64,000 nt of DNA from Candidatus Cloacimonadales bacterium (lineage in GTDB: Bacteria; Cloacimonadota; Cloacimonadia; Cloacimonadales; JAIOQZ01). The DNA is taken from contig CAXXTU010000002.1 in NCBI GenBank assembly GCA_963662655.2, positions 1,632,001 through 1,696,000 on the forward strand. The letters are read 5' to 3'. The notes beneath the pieces were generated by a model. It was given only the letters and a program-made list of their open reading frames with translations, had not been told where the DNA came from and searched no databases. The translations under genes were made by a program, and so were the position numbers. Shown here in pieces: positions 1-9,886 of the stretch (positions are counted from its first letter, which is position 1; each line of letters opens with the position of its first letter).

Positions 1-123
1 GGAGATCAGCTCCTCGCGCGGTACAGCTTCGTCGTAGGGGTTTTCGATTATCTCAAAACGTTGCGCGATTCTCTCCATCGCGATTTCAGGCAATTTGCGT
101 GTGATGAAAATCACCGGTTTCAT
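1..123 (-). CDS. D-2-hydroxyacid dehydrogenase (glyoxylate reductase/D-glycerate dehydrogenase family), N-terminal fragment running off the window edge
   Basis: Manual translation of the minus strand from ATG at 123 gives MKPVIFITRKLPEIAMERIAQRFEIIENPYDEAVPREELIS, resembling GyaR-type N-termini; GGAG RBS just upstream. Not in the ORF track. Confidence 0.7.
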   Translation of the reverse strand, partial: MKPVIFITRKLPEIAMERIAQRFEIIENPYDEAVPREELIS

Positions 124-278
124 ATACATCTCCCAAGCAAAAGAGGTTCTCATGAGCGCTTCGCGCGAGCATCCATACTCTTTGGCGACGCGCCGCAAAT
201 TTCACGCACCTGACGGCTATTTAAATAACGAACGTGTCCCGAATGAATTCACCCCATTGACTTCAAACGGACGAGAAA

Positions 279-2351
279 TTACTTCTTCTTCTTTATCGCT
301 TTGTCCAGCAGATCCCCGAGGGTCTCGCCGAAATCTCCCGACTTCACGTTGTCGCTGTATTGCTGGATCATTCTCTTGTTCATGATATGCTCTTTCTTCG
401 AGCGTTTCCCCGATCGCATCGCTCCCGGATCACTCTGGTCCGACCGGTAGCCACATCTTCCGTCCGAGCAGATCAGATGTCCACCATTTTTTCCCTGAAC
501 CTTCATCAAGGGCTTTCCGCAGGTGGGGCACTTGTGGCCCGTGAGGTTGTCCGGCTTGTACTCGGCGGTGCTGTTCTTCACATCCCGGGTGAGTCGTATC
601 GCGTTGGCGCGGATGTCCTCGATGAAGTCCTTCGCCCGTTCTTCGCCTTTCGCGATGCGATTCAACCGCATCTCCCACTGCGCGGTTAGCTCCGGCGATT
701 TCAGCTCGTCCGGCACCAGATCGATGAGTTGGAATCCCTTCGGCGTGGGAACCATCGATTTACCCTGTCGCTCCACGTAGAACGTGGAAACCAGCTTCTC
801 GATGATCTCCGCGCGCGTTGCAGGCGTCCCCAGTCCGCCCTGGGCAATCGACGCCTTGAGCGTCTTGTCGTCGATGAATTTCCCCGCGTTTTCCATCGCG
901 GAGAGGAGAGTCGCTTCCGTGTACCTTGCCGGCGGCTTTGTACTGTGGCGAACCAGCCGAACTTGCGAAGCCTTGATCGCATCGCCCTTCTTCAGGCTGG
1001 TATTCGTGAACGCGGGAAGACTGTCGTCCTCATCCTCTTCATCGCCCTTTCCTTCAACGGATTTCCAGCCGCTATCGAGCGTGACCTTGCCCCGAGCGAT
1101 GAATTTCTCCTGCTCGATCTCCAGCACAACACTGGTAACTTTATACTGATAATCCCCATACAGCGCTACCAGGAAGCGGCGCACGATGAGGTCGTAAACT
1201 CTTTTTTCGTCAGTGGTTAGCTGCGTAAGATTCGCACGCTGCTCGGTGGGAATCAGCGCATGGTGATCGCTGACTTTGCTGTCGTTGACGATCCGCTTGG
1301 TAACGTGCAGATCGTTTTGCAGGATGGTAGACGCATAACCCGACCACGAGCCGGTTTGTACCGCCTTCAGGCGATCCTTGAGCGTCGAGACCATGTCGCC
1401 GGTGAGATAGCGTGAATCCGTGCGCGGATATGTCACTACTTTGTGACGTTCGTACAGACTCTGAACGATGGAAAGCGTGTGTTTCGCGGTGAAACCGAAA
1501 CGGTTGTTGGCAGCGCGCTGGAGCTCTGTGAGGTCGTAAAGTAGTGGCGGCTGCGTACGCTTCTTGCTGTCGCTGATCTCGACGATCTTCCCGCCCTTAC
1601 CGCTGACCTTGTTCACCAGGCTCTGGGCAAATTCGTGATCGAATATGCGGTCGTTGCCCTTGTCATTCTTCCAGACGCCTGTGAAACCGCCGAAATCGGC
1701 CTCGACCGTCCAGAACGGCTCCGGCTTGAAATTGCGAATCTCGTTCTCTCGATCGATGATCATCGCCAGCGTTGGCGATTGCACCCTTCCCGCCGAGAGC
1801 TGCGCATCGAACTTGCAGGTAAGCGCGCGGGTTACATTCAGGCCGATCAGCCAGTCGGCTTCCGCGCGACACTGCGCAGCGTGATAGAGGTTTTCGTATT
1901 CATTACCCGGCTTGAGCTTTGCAAATCCGTCTCGGATCGCCGCATCCGTCTGGGATGAAATCCAAAGACGCTTGATCGTCTTTTTCCAGCCGGAGAGCAC
2001 GAGAATCCAGCGAGCGACCAACTCGCCTTCGCGTCCGGCGTCCGTCGCAATGACAACCTGAGAAATATCGCCACGCTTCAGGAGTCCGCGCACTGTATTG
2101 AATTGCTTCCGCGAATTGGGAATCACCTTCAGCTTCATTTTGTCGGGAAGAATCGGGAGGTCCACCAGGTCCCAATGCTTGTATTTGCTGTCGTAGTCTC
2201 CCGGCTCCGCCAGGGTGACCAGATGCCCCAGCGCCCAGGTCACGATCGCCTGCTCGCCTTCAAAATATCCCTGATGTTTCGACCCGCACTTCAGCACTCG
2301 AGCCAGTTCTCTTCCCACGCTCGGTTTCTCGGCGATCACGATTGTTTTCAT
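279..2351 (-). CDS. topB: DNA topoisomerase III (type IA)
   Basis: IAEKPS, ATDAGREGE, SAGRVQSPTL, TYPRTDS and GLGTPATRA motifs; C-terminal CxxC zinc ribbon. Confidence 0.95.
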   Translation of the reverse strand: MKTIVIAEKPSVGRELARVLKCGSKHQGYFEGEQAIVTWALGHLVTLAEPGDYDSKYKHWDLVDLPILPDKMKLKVIPNSRKQFNTVRGLLKRGDISQVVIATDAGREGELVARWILVLSGWKKTIKRLWISSQTDAAIRDGFAKLKPGNEYENLYHAAQCRAEADWLIGLNVTRALTCKFDAQLSAGRVQSPTLAMIIDRENEIRNFKPEPFWTVEADFGGFTGVWKNDKGNDRIFDHEFAQSLVNKVSGKGGKIVEISDSKKRTQPPLLYDLTELQRAANNRFGFTAKHTLSIVQSLYERHKVVTYPRTDSRYLTGDMVSTLKDRLKAVQTGSWSGYASTILQNDLHVTKRIVNDSKVSDHHALIPTEQRANLTQLTTDEKRVYDLIVRRFLVALYGDYQYKVTSVVLEIEQEKFIARGKVTLDSGWKSVEGKGDEEDEDDSLPAFTNTSLKKGDAIKASQVRLVRHSTKPPARYTEATLLSAMENAGKFIDDKTLKASIAQGGLGTPATRAEIIEKLVSTFYVERQGKSMVPTPKGFQLIDLVPDELKSPELTAQWEMRLNRIAKGEERAKDFIEDIRANAIRLTRDVKNSTAEYKPDNLTGHKCPTCGKPLMKVQGKNGGHLICSDGRCGYRSDQSDPGAMRSGKRSKKEHIMNKRMIQQYSDNVKSGDFGETLGDLLDKAIKKKK

Positions 2352-3646
2352 TGGTCTCCTCCCAAATTACCGGGACCAACAACTTCGATCCCGTCCAGAT
2401 ACTTTCCTCGCGCAATGCCCGAGAAATTCTCTCCGGGTTGTATGATTCTGTTATTGTCTTGCTTTCGATAAATTCGTATAAATCGATCCGAAAGACCTTC
2501 CGCCAGGCCGTCGTTATCCTTCTCCGCTATCGCGGCAATCATCCGGCCGGATGCGATGAGATCATTGATATATTGTTCCTTCTTCGTGGCGGAAAGTTGT
2601 TCGAGTTCGCCGCACCGGGTTTTGACGATGTTGCCGTGAATCTGGTTCTTCATCCGCGCTGCGGGTGTCCCGCTTCTTTTGGAAAAAGCGAACCCGTGCA
2701 GGTAGGTTACCGGCAATGACTCGAGAAAATCAACCGTTTGCCGGTGATGCTCGTCCGTCTCTCCCGGAAAACCGGCAATGACATCGAAACCGAATGCCGG
2801 CTGATCGAATATACCTGATAAACGATCGATCAACCTGCGAAACGTCGCGGTGTCGTATCGACGCCCCATCGCCTTCAAGACGGTATCGCAACCGGATTGC
2901 AGCGGAATGTGGAAATGCGGGGCGAGATGCTCCATTTCTGCGAACGCGTCGAGTAACTCCTCGCCGAACAATTGCGGCTCGATGGAGCTGAGGCGAATTC
3001 GCTCCACGCCAGGGATCCGGTCCAGTTCAAGGAGCAGTTTGTGGAACGGGTAACCGTGATCGATGCCGTAAAGGCCCATATTGATTCCGCCAAGGACAAA
3101 CTCATGGAAGCCGTTATCGACTAACGCTCGGATCTGTCTCTTCACGTTCTCGTGATCACGGCTGCGAGGGTTTCCCCGAGCGTCGGGAACCGCGCAATAG
3201 GCGCACCGAAAATTGCAACCATCCTGAATCTTCACGAACGCGCGCGAACGCTCCGCCATCTGCGTGGTGAATGTCTCCACATATTCTTCCGAGCCGTCCA
3301 GTGAGCGGAATTGAAGATCAGCGGTATCCAGAAGATCGTAGATGCGATGCTTGGAGGCGTTATCGACCACCAGAACGTCATCGTCGTGAAAAGCGTGCGG
3401 CGAGCGCATCACGTAACAGCCGGTCAGAACGACTTTTGCCTGCGGGTTCTTCAGCGCTCTGCGAACCGCGTTGCGGCTTTTGAAATCGGCGCGATTGGTT
3501 ACCGTGCATGAATTGACGATGTAGACGTCTGCATGTTCGCTGAACTCGACCTGCCGCCATCCGGCTGCGAGAAACGGCTCCAGGATGCATGCCGATTCAT
3601 ATTGATTCACCTTGCAACCGAGCGTCGTAATCGCGACCGCCGGCAT
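2348..3646 (-). CDS. mtaB: tRNA t6A37 methylthiotransferase MtaB
   Basis: TLGCKVNQYES, NSCTVT, radical SAM motif CNFRCAYC, RIRLSSIEP, HFHIPLQSG. Confidence 0.93.
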   Translation of the reverse strand: MPAVAITTLGCKVNQYESACILEPFLAAGWRQVEFSEHADVYIVNSCTVTNRADFKSRNAVRRALKNPQAKVVLTGCYVMRSPHAFHDDDVLVVDNASKHRIYDLLDTADLQFRSLDGSEEYVETFTTQMAERSRAFVKIQDGCNFRCAYCAVPDARGNPRSRDHENVKRQIRALVDNGFHEFVLGGINMGLYGIDHGYPFHKLLLELDRIPGVERIRLSSIEPQLFGEELLDAFAEMEHLAPHFHIPLQSGCDTVLKAMGRRYDTATFRRLIDRLSGIFDQPAFGFDVIAGFPGETDEHHRQTVDFLESLPVTYLHGFAFSKRSGTPAARMKNQIHGNIVKTRCGELEQLSATKKEQYINDLIASGRMIAAIAEKDNDGLAEGLSDRFIRIYRKQDNNRIIQPGENFSGIARGKYLDGIEVVGPGNLGGDQ

Positions 3647-3648
3647 GG

Positions 3649-4731
3649 TTAGAAAGCCTCCCGCACTACAAAGATGATATCGTAGTCTTCCCGGGAGAAT
3701 CCGAAATCGAGCCGGAAATTGAGTCGTTCCTTCGCGAAGAACACATAGCGGAGTCCCATACCGTAGGTGTAATGCGTTTTATCCATGCGGAAATCGGAGA
3801 CCTCATGCGCGACCTGCCCGTACTCGGCAAATGCAACCGCGCCCCAGCGACGAAGCAAACCGCTTTCGAACGGGAAGGTCCTGTACTCCAGCCGCGAAGT
3901 GAGCATATGATTGTCGATGTAGCGCTGCGAGTCGAAACCGCGCATCTGCCCGCCCAAACGGGATATCTCCTGATACGGCGCGTCATTGACCGTGAAAAGG
4001 GCCACGCCCTGCCATGCGACAACGTGGCCTCTGGCTATTTTGAAAAAGTGTGTAAGATTCGCCTTGTACTTGGCAAACGAGTAATCCGAGCCGAATTGCT
4101 TCTCGAAGATGCGAATATTGAGATCGTAGAAAAGACCTTCTTCAGCGGTGAAGGTGTTATCGCGTGTGTCGATCTGTGCAATGATGTCGATGCCGGAAAG
4201 GTTGTACTCCTCGCTGCCGGAAATGGTTCCGGCCTGTAGGTATCCCTCCGAATCGAAGTCGGTGAGCTTGTTGGTAAGATATTCCCAACCGCCGCCGAAA
4301 AGGAAGTATTTCCGAAATCGCTTCTTGATATACAACTCGCCTTTGAAGTGATTCACCGTACAGGTTTCTTTGTCGTCGGCGTCGGAATCGTTCCCGAGTC
4401 CGTAAAATGGCGTTGGCCAGTACTTGTACTGGAATTTGGCTCCCGCGGCGTACTTGCCGCCCCAAATGTTGTAGTAGGGCATCAGAAGCACCTGAACCTG
4501 CTTCTTGAAGCTGGCCATAACGTTCAGGGTAAGTGAATTGGGAGACACATACATCGGCAATTCCGGGGGGCGTTGCGTGTACATTACAGCGCCACCCAGA
4601 ACTGCGCTTGTTTCTCTTGCATACATCCCGATCGGGATGAACAGGTAATCGCTCGAGGTTGAATCAGGCGGCGTCTGCGCATCCAGTACAAACGTAAGTG
4701 AGAACAGGATCAGGATCAGGTATTTCTTCAT
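3649..4731 (-). CDS. Omp85/BamA-TamA family outer-membrane beta-barrel protein (no obvious POTRA domains)
   Basis: Signal peptide; DTRDN, MRGF (VRGF-like), YGMGLRY, RLDFG; terminal EAF. Confidence 0.8.
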   Translation of the reverse strand: MKKYLILILFSLTFVLDAQTPPDSTSSDYLFIPIGMYARETSAVLGGAVMYTQRPPELPMYVSPNSLTLNVMASFKKQVQVLLMPYYNIWGGKYAAGAKFQYKYWPTPFYGLGNDSDADDKETCTVNHFKGELYIKKRFRKYFLFGGGWEYLTNKLTDFDSEGYLQAGTISGSEEYNLSGIDIIAQIDTRDNTFTAEEGLFYDLNIRIFEKQFGSDYSFAKYKANLTHFFKIARGHVVAWQGVALFTVNDAPYQEISRLGGQMRGFDSQRYIDNHMLTSRLEYRTFPFESGLLRRWGAVAFAEYGQVAHEVSDFRMDKTHYTYGMGLRYVFFAKERLNFRLDFGFSREDYDIIFVVREAF

Positions 4732-4734
4732 AAT

Positions 4735-5991
4735 TTACAGGATGATTGGCTGCTCCGGTTGCGACTCAGGCTGTTCGATTCCGAAAACGAGATCGTAGGC
4801 GTCGATAGCGATCTGAAGCTCCTCGTTGGTGGGAATCACCAGGATTGAGATTCTGGAGAAGTCCTTGGAGATGACCCCTTCCTTCGATCCGTTGGCGACG
4901 TTTTTCTGGTAATCGATCACGATACCGAGGTTTTCCAGGCGGTTACAGATCATCTTGCGTATATTGATGCCGTGCTGCCCGATACCGCCGGTGAAAACAA
5001 GGATATCAACGCGAACAAGGTTCGCGACATACGCTCCGATGTATTTACGGATACGATACGCGTACGCTTCCATCGCTTCCTGAGCGTTTTGGTTGCCCTG
5101 TGAAGCAGCATGATCGAGGTCGCGCATGTCGTTGGAAATGCCCGACAGTCCGAGGAGCCCGCTTTTCTTGTTGAGGATTTTATTAAGCTCCTGTGGCGTA
5201 TAGCCGCGCTCGAGGAGGTAGAAAACGATGGACGGATCGATATCGCCGGAGCGGGTACCCATCATGACGCCTTCAAGGGGGGTGAAGCCCATCGACGTAT
5301 CGACGGAGCGTCCGTTCTCGATGGCGGTGATCGATGCGCCGTTACCGAGATGGCAGGAGATGACGTTGGTGTTCTCCGGGGAGCGCTTCATCAATTTCAG
5401 CGCTTTGGCGGCGACGTAGCGGTGACTGGTTCCGTGGAATCCATACTTACGAATCTTGTATTTGTCGTACATCTCGCGCGGAAGTCCGTAAAGGTACGCC
5501 GGAGGCTCGAGTGTCTGGTGGAACGCGGTGTCGAATACCGCGACTTGCGGCACTTTCGGCAGTACTGCCGTTATTTCCTGAATACCCATGAGGTTTGCAG
5601 GATTGTGAAGTGGCGCGAGTTCGATATTCTCCTCGATCACCTTTTGCACGTCGTCATTGATGATCACGGATGACGAGTATTTCTCGCCGCCGTGTACGAC
5701 GCGGTGTCCGACCACCTCAATTTCCTTGATATCCGTGAGCATTCCCTTTTTATCATCTATCATTGCCCGAGTCATGAGCTCGATGGCCGCTCTGTGGTTG
5801 GGTACTTCCGTTTCTTGCTCGATCAATCCGCGCTTGGTGCGCTGTTCGAGGCGCCCGATCTGTTCCCCGATTCTCTCGATGACGCCCTTTCCGAGGCTCA
5901 CCTGAGACGGCATCTCGAATACTTCGTACTTCAGGGACGAGCTTCCGCAATTGATCGTAAGGACTTTCTTCGACTGTTCGCTGGTTTCCAT
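4735..5991 (-). CDS. ackA: acetate kinase
   Basis: INCGSSSLK, GHRVVHGG, APLHNP, VFDTAFH, YGFHGTSH, HLGNGAS, TNEE. Confidence 0.97.
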   Translation of the reverse strand: METSEQSKKVLTINCGSSSLKYEVFEMPSQVSLGKGVIERIGEQIGRLEQRTKRGLIEQETEVPNHRAAIELMTRAMIDDKKGMLTDIKEIEVVGHRVVHGGEKYSSSVIINDDVQKVIEENIELAPLHNPANLMGIQEITAVLPKVPQVAVFDTAFHQTLEPPAYLYGLPREMYDKYKIRKYGFHGTSHRYVAAKALKLMKRSPENTNVISCHLGNGASITAIENGRSVDTSMGFTPLEGVMMGTRSGDIDPSIVFYLLERGYTPQELNKILNKKSGLLGLSGISNDMRDLDHAASQGNQNAQEAMEAYAYRIRKYIGAYVANLVRVDILVFTGGIGQHGINIRKMICNRLENLGIVIDYQKNVANGSKEGVISKDFSRISILVIPTNEELQIAIDAYDLVFGIEQPESQPEQPIIL

Positions 5992-6180
5992 AATACCTCC
6001 AAAACTTATACGTTTATTGAATCATACATGAACCAAATCTATTGGGCTGATGTTTTTTCTTTTACCATATCTGTCAAACACTCTTTTGCGTAGAAGTTGC
6101 AATAATATTCATTCATTTTTTCGGTCATCATTTGTCATCGCCTGATTCGTCCCCGCAAGCACAGGAGAGCGCCAGCTCCC

Positions 6181-6286
6181 GCGGCGGGGCGGCGGCGGAA
6201 GTCTTTTAGACTTCCGGAATCTTCCCGGGGTTGCAAGCGCAGCCCCGGGGAGGTTCGTGCGCGAAGCGCACACGCCGCCCCGCCGC
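6181..6286 (+). repeat. Family 1 four-way-junction palindromic element, copy 1
   Basis: P1 6181-6194/6273-6286; P2 6196-6204/6208-6216; P3 6217-6234/6239-6256 (18 bp, three G-T pairs); P4 GTGCGC-GAA-GCGCAC 6257-6271. Confidence 0.85.
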
Positions 6287-6466
6287 TGATATGCGCGGAA
6301 AACTTCTGTGGTCATCGTGCATCGGCAAAGATATAGGATTGTGTGAATATCGTGTTCGGAAACAAAAAAATGACGTTTCAACGGGAATTATATCTTGACA
6401 ATTCACAATAGGGTTTCAGCATATTATTTAGTGAATAAAATGCGTAAAATCCAAGGAGGAATAACA

Positions 6467-7435
6467 ATGAAAAGAACTACATTATTCGTGGCTTTACTGG
6501 CAATCGTAGGATCGATGTTCGCATTGACCTGCTACGATGTACAGTACACAGAGGACGCAAACGGAACTTCACCTTATTTCGGTCAGACAGTTACCGTGCA
6601 AGGCATCGTTGTGGCAACCGAGTGGAGAGGTTATGTTGACTTCTATATTGCCGATCCGGAAGGCGGACCATGGCATGGCCTTTTCATCTACGACGACACC
6701 GAAGAATACGGCGACATGGTTTCCGTAGGCGACATGATTGAAATCACTGGTCTTATTGACGAGTATTACAACATGACCGAACTCAAGGAAATCGACGACA
6801 TGGAAATCCTCAGTTCCGGTAATGCTGTTCCTGAAGCCTATAGAGTAACATGCAGTGACCTTGCTTCCAACGAAGCGAACGAAGGTTGCCACGTTTACAT
6901 CACCGGCGAACTCACAGTGACCCAGGCTCAGAACAACTACGGTGAGTGGTACGTTTCCGACGGCGACGGCGAATGCCAGATCGACGATGGCTTCTTCTAC
7001 CTTGATAGCGTAGACCCTCCCATCGAAATCGAAGTAGACCAGGTTTGGGGAACGATCCGCGGTATGGTCGACTACTCGTACGACCTTTACGCAATCAATC
7101 CAATCACCCCGAGCGACATCAGCCCGAACGAAGGTTCAGACGATGAAACGGTCCCGGAAATGGGCATCACACTTGGCAACTACCCGAATCCCTTCAACCC
7201 TCAGACCACAATCGAATTCTCGATTCCTGAAGCTGCCAACACTACGCTCGATATCTACAACGTTCGCGGTCAGAAGATCAACACCCTGATCAACGATCGT
7301 CTTGACGCAGACACCCATCAGGTTGTCTGGAACGGCACAGACGCCAGCGGCAAGAACGTTACAAGCGGTATCTACTTCTACAAGCTCAATAGCGGTCGCT
7401 ACACATCGACCAAGAAAATGATTCTTCTGAAGTAA
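6467..7435 (+). CDS. secreted acidic OB-fold-like protein with C-terminal T9SS type-A/FlgD-Ig sorting domain
   Basis: AGGAGG RBS before ATG 6467; signal peptide; YDVQY..SPYFGQTVTVQGIV..VGDMIEITGLIDEYY resembles the OB-fold module of ExeM/NucH-type nucleases; C-terminus NYPNPFNP...TKKMILLK. Confidence 0.8.
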   Translation: MKRTTLFVALLAIVGSMFALTCYDVQYTEDANGTSPYFGQTVTVQGIVVATEWRGYVDFYIADPEGGPWHGLFIYDDTEEYGDMVSVGDMIEITGLIDEYYNMTELKEIDDMEILSSGNAVPEAYRVTCSDLASNEANEGCHVYITGELTVTQAQNNYGEWYVSDGDGECQIDDGFFYLDSVDPPIEIEVDQVWGTIRGMVDYSYDLYAINPITPSDISPNEGSDDETVPEMGITLGNYPNPFNPQTTIEFSIPEAANTTLDIYNVRGQKINTLINDRLDADTHQVVWNGTDASGKNVTSGIYFYKLNSGRYTSTKKMILLK

Positions 7436-7453
7436 TAATCCAAAGAAAGCTAT

Positions 7454-7486
7454 AAGGCATGGACGATTGTTCATGCCTTTTTCTTT
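7454..7486 (+). terminator. intrinsic terminator
   Basis: AAGGCATGGAC-GATT-GTTCATGCCTT followed by a T-rich tract, about 20 nt after the stop at 7435. Confidence 0.8.
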
Positions 7487-7554
7487 GTCTCCGGCCTGCA
7501 AAGCTCCATCAAAGCCCCCCATCCCACCTTCAATCACCTGCAATATTCCATCGA

Positions 7555-7673
7555 GTGAGCAGATTCGTTCGATCCTTTTACCGCGTGGTGTTTCACGGCG
7601 GAGCTTTCAATATCCACTTCCGCTCGGAGCCGTGGTATATCCACGGGGTAAAAGGATCGGGCGAAGATGCCAC
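7555..7673 (+). repeat. Family 2 rod-shaped structured element, copy A
   Basis: Conserved blocks GAGCAGATT, GTGGTGTTTCAC (7585-7596), GTGGTATATCCAC (7632-7644) and ATCGGGCGAAGATGC (7656-7670), separated by copy-specific complementary stems. Confidence 0.85.
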
Positions 7674-7754
7674 GAAACTGGAAAAGGGAACGAAGGCATC
7701 CTTGCCTGCATTCTCTCATCATCCCAGCCATTCTGAATATCCTGCTTCAGACAC

Positions 7755-7784
7755 AAAAAAAGGGCAATCTCGATGGATTGCCCT
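7755..7784 (-). terminator. intrinsic terminator of the C45 peptidase gene
   Basis: AGGGCAATC/GATTGCCCT stem with a T-run on the minus strand, about 20 nt after the stop at 7803. Confidence 0.8.
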
Positions 7785-7802
7785 AAAAGACTTCTCTTAG
7801 AA

Positions 7803-9317
7803 TTACTTGAGCAAAAGCATCTTCCCTGTTGATGCAACGCTCCCATTGCCATTCTTCTGCGAAACGCGACAGAGGTAGACGCCGGATGCCTGTGATTCAG
7901 CATTCCAGGTCACTTGATGCACGCCTTGCGTCATGTTGCCAAGCTCCCTGCGTTCCACACGTTGCCCCTTGACATTGTAAATCTCAAGCGTCACGTCGGC
8001 TTGTGCCGCCACGCTGAACCTGATCGTCGTTTGTGGATTAAATGGATTGGGATAAGCCGTAGGAGCTGAAACCATCAGATCGATGACCTCGTCATTAACT
8101 CCGGATGGGGTGATCACTTCATCGAGATTGAAAACGGTCGCCTCTTCTCCGTACGCAGGGTGACTCGCCTGTGCGGAAGCGAAACTCACTTCCCTGGTCA
8201 CGCTGTTGTAACGAATCGCATGGATGTTCGTGGAAATACCCGCCGCACCGGCCAGAAGATTCCAGCTCCTGGCATCGTTAATCACGGTCGATACTTCAAG
8301 AGAATCGACGATACCGTTGTAACGGTAGCATGTGATCGGATTGTAAAGCACGCGAAAATGGTTAGTCAACGCAAGGTTGTCGCCCTGAATAACCGTGTTG
8401 TCTTCCACGGACCGTGTCGCGACACCCATCTGATTGTTGTTTTCGATGATGATCGGAAGATCGTCGTTATCGTGCGTTACGTGAACCAGCGTTCCAACCG
8501 CGCGGTTGCGATCCTCTACGGCCTGAAGAATATCGTTGGTCGTCTGCTCGCCGTCGGCATCGTAATCGACCTTCTCGATTCCGTTGCGCAACGTGAGAAG
8601 TATCGGATAAAATCCACCGGTATCGGAACAGCTATGATTGTTGCCCATGTTAAGGAACGTGGTCAATCCGTTTTCGTTAATTGCGGAGAGTCCGCCAAAC
8701 AAACCCGGGAACGTGAAGGATATCCAGTTCTGTTCATCTTCTTCTTCCGGTTTCTGGATCAACACAACGGGATTTCTGAACAACGCCGCGTTCGTGCTCC
8801 AGTCCATGAAACGGGTGATCACGAGTCCGCCTTGCAGCGTCTCGTCGTCTTCCGTACTGGTTCCCCAGGATGAGATACTCGAACAGGCAAAGAGGTCCTC
8901 CGGTAAGCTTGCGAAATTGATGAGATCAATGAGCGCATTTGCCATCAGGACATCGTTCCCGTCGAGGTCTCTACCGAGTGCAGAGAAATAAACATCCGTT
9001 CCCGCGTCCGCAGCGCCGTCAATCATGGCCGAGGCTTCAGTGACATAGTCTTCTTCAATTACAAAAGCGTTCGTGAAGATCGAACGTGCCTGATTGTAAA
9101 CACTGGGATTTCCGTAACACGCATAATTGAACATGTAGTTCTCAAAAACGTCCATGAAAGCATCTCCAAGGAAATAACCCTGGGCATACCCACGGTCGTA
9201 GTGAGTTCCCCAAACGCGTAAGAAGGTTTTTCCATCCACTTCCCACATATCCCCATTCGCCTGAGCGAATAGTGAAAGCGTACCCACTAACAATGCTAAT
9301 AAAAGCACCTTTTTCAT
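7803..9317 (-). CDS. secreted C45-family (Ntn-hydrolase) peptidase/acyltransferase with C-terminal T9SS type-A domain
   Basis: Signal peptide; WGTHYDRGYAQG, ACSS nucleophile region, RFMDW, INENGL, TNHF; YPNPFNP...KMLLLK tail. Confidence 0.75.
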   Translation of the reverse strand: MKKVLLLALLVGTLSLFAQANGDMWEVDGKTFLRVWGTHYDRGYAQGYFLGDAFMDVFENYMFNYACYGNPSVYNQARSIFTNAFVIEEDYVTEASAMIDGAADAGTDVYFSALGRDLDGNDVLMANALIDLINFASLPEDLFACSSISSWGTSTEDDETLQGGLVITRFMDWSTNAALFRNPVVLIQKPEEEDEQNWISFTFPGLFGGLSAINENGLTTFLNMGNNHSCSDTGGFYPILLTLRNGIEKVDYDADGEQTTNDILQAVEDRNRAVGTLVHVTHDNDDLPIIIENNNQMGVATRSVEDNTVIQGDNLALTNHFRVLYNPITCYRYNGIVDSLEVSTVINDARSWNLLAGAAGISTNIHAIRYNSVTREVSFASAQASHPAYGEEATVFNLDEVITPSGVNDEVIDLMVSAPTAYPNPFNPQTTIRFSVAAQADVTLEIYNVKGQRVERRELGNMTQGVHQVTWNAESQASGVYLCRVSQKNGNGSVASTGKMLLLK

Positions 9318-9886
9318 GACAACTCCTTATGTACTTTATTTTTCCCCAGCTGTTGTTTGTCCATGACTCGATAATGAGGATGATAGAGGTCCCGATACCG
9401 CTGACTGTGATGAAACACAGGCTCTCCCAGCATGAAACCCTGCTCGATCTCACCCATCTGATCTTGATGGATTTCGAGTCCTTTATTGACTAATAATAAC
9501 AGGTCATAGATTTCTGTCCACATATTTCGCCATTGTGCAAGAGGAATCGTCACTTCCACTCTGGCGCTCGCAATGAACGCATCGAAAACATCGTCGAAGT
9601 TCAAGAGACCCTGATGAATCGCGTGAAGGTTTATCCTGCAATACGTTCCATGCCATCCGATGTCTTCGACAAAAGGAACTTCCCGCGTGCGTTCTTCTAA
9701 ACTCATATTATCCAGCTCTCTCTGCATATACTTTCGTGCAGAATCGATATCCTCGATGAGATGCGCCGGACCGTAGATTCCCTGGAAGAACATCTTGTAG
9801 TAGTCTATCAGCTCCGTATTGGGACGCAACGTCATCTCGTGCTGGATGAGTCGTAAAACTTTTTCTTCATCGAATAGCGTTATCAT
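9314..9886 (-). CDS. hypothetical protein
   Basis: 190 aa ORF coupled to both neighbours; motifs DYYKMFFQG..GPAH and HHSQRYRDLYHPHYRV. Confidence 0.75.
   Translation of the reverse strand: MITLFDEEKVLRLIQHEMTLRPNTELIDYYKMFFQGIYGPAHLIEDIDSARKYMQRELDNMSLEERTREVPFVEDIGWHGTYCRINLHAIHQGLLNFDDVFDAFIASARVEVTIPLAQWRNMWTEIYDLLLLVNKGLEIHQDQMGEIEQGFMLGEPVFHHSQRYRDLYHPHYRVMDKQQLGKNKVHKELS

Noticed and set aside
6181..6286. tRNA-like cloverleaf containing GGTTCG
   Set aside because: Arms are far too long, there is no D-loop, anticodon loop or CCA, and GGTTC is paired in P3 and absent from the other copies.
6109..6406. Short ORFs across Family 1 copy 1 (also 60293-60592 and 7459-7800)
   Set aside because: They are GC-rich palindromic DNA lacking stops by chance, with no RBS or coding signature.
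7585..7670. Family 2 as a hairpin ribozyme (GTGGTATAT resembles loop B GUGGUAUAUUAC)
   Set aside because: The opposing strand is TGTTT rather than AGAAACA, and no AGAA/NGUC loop A is present. A self-cleavage test would still be cheap.
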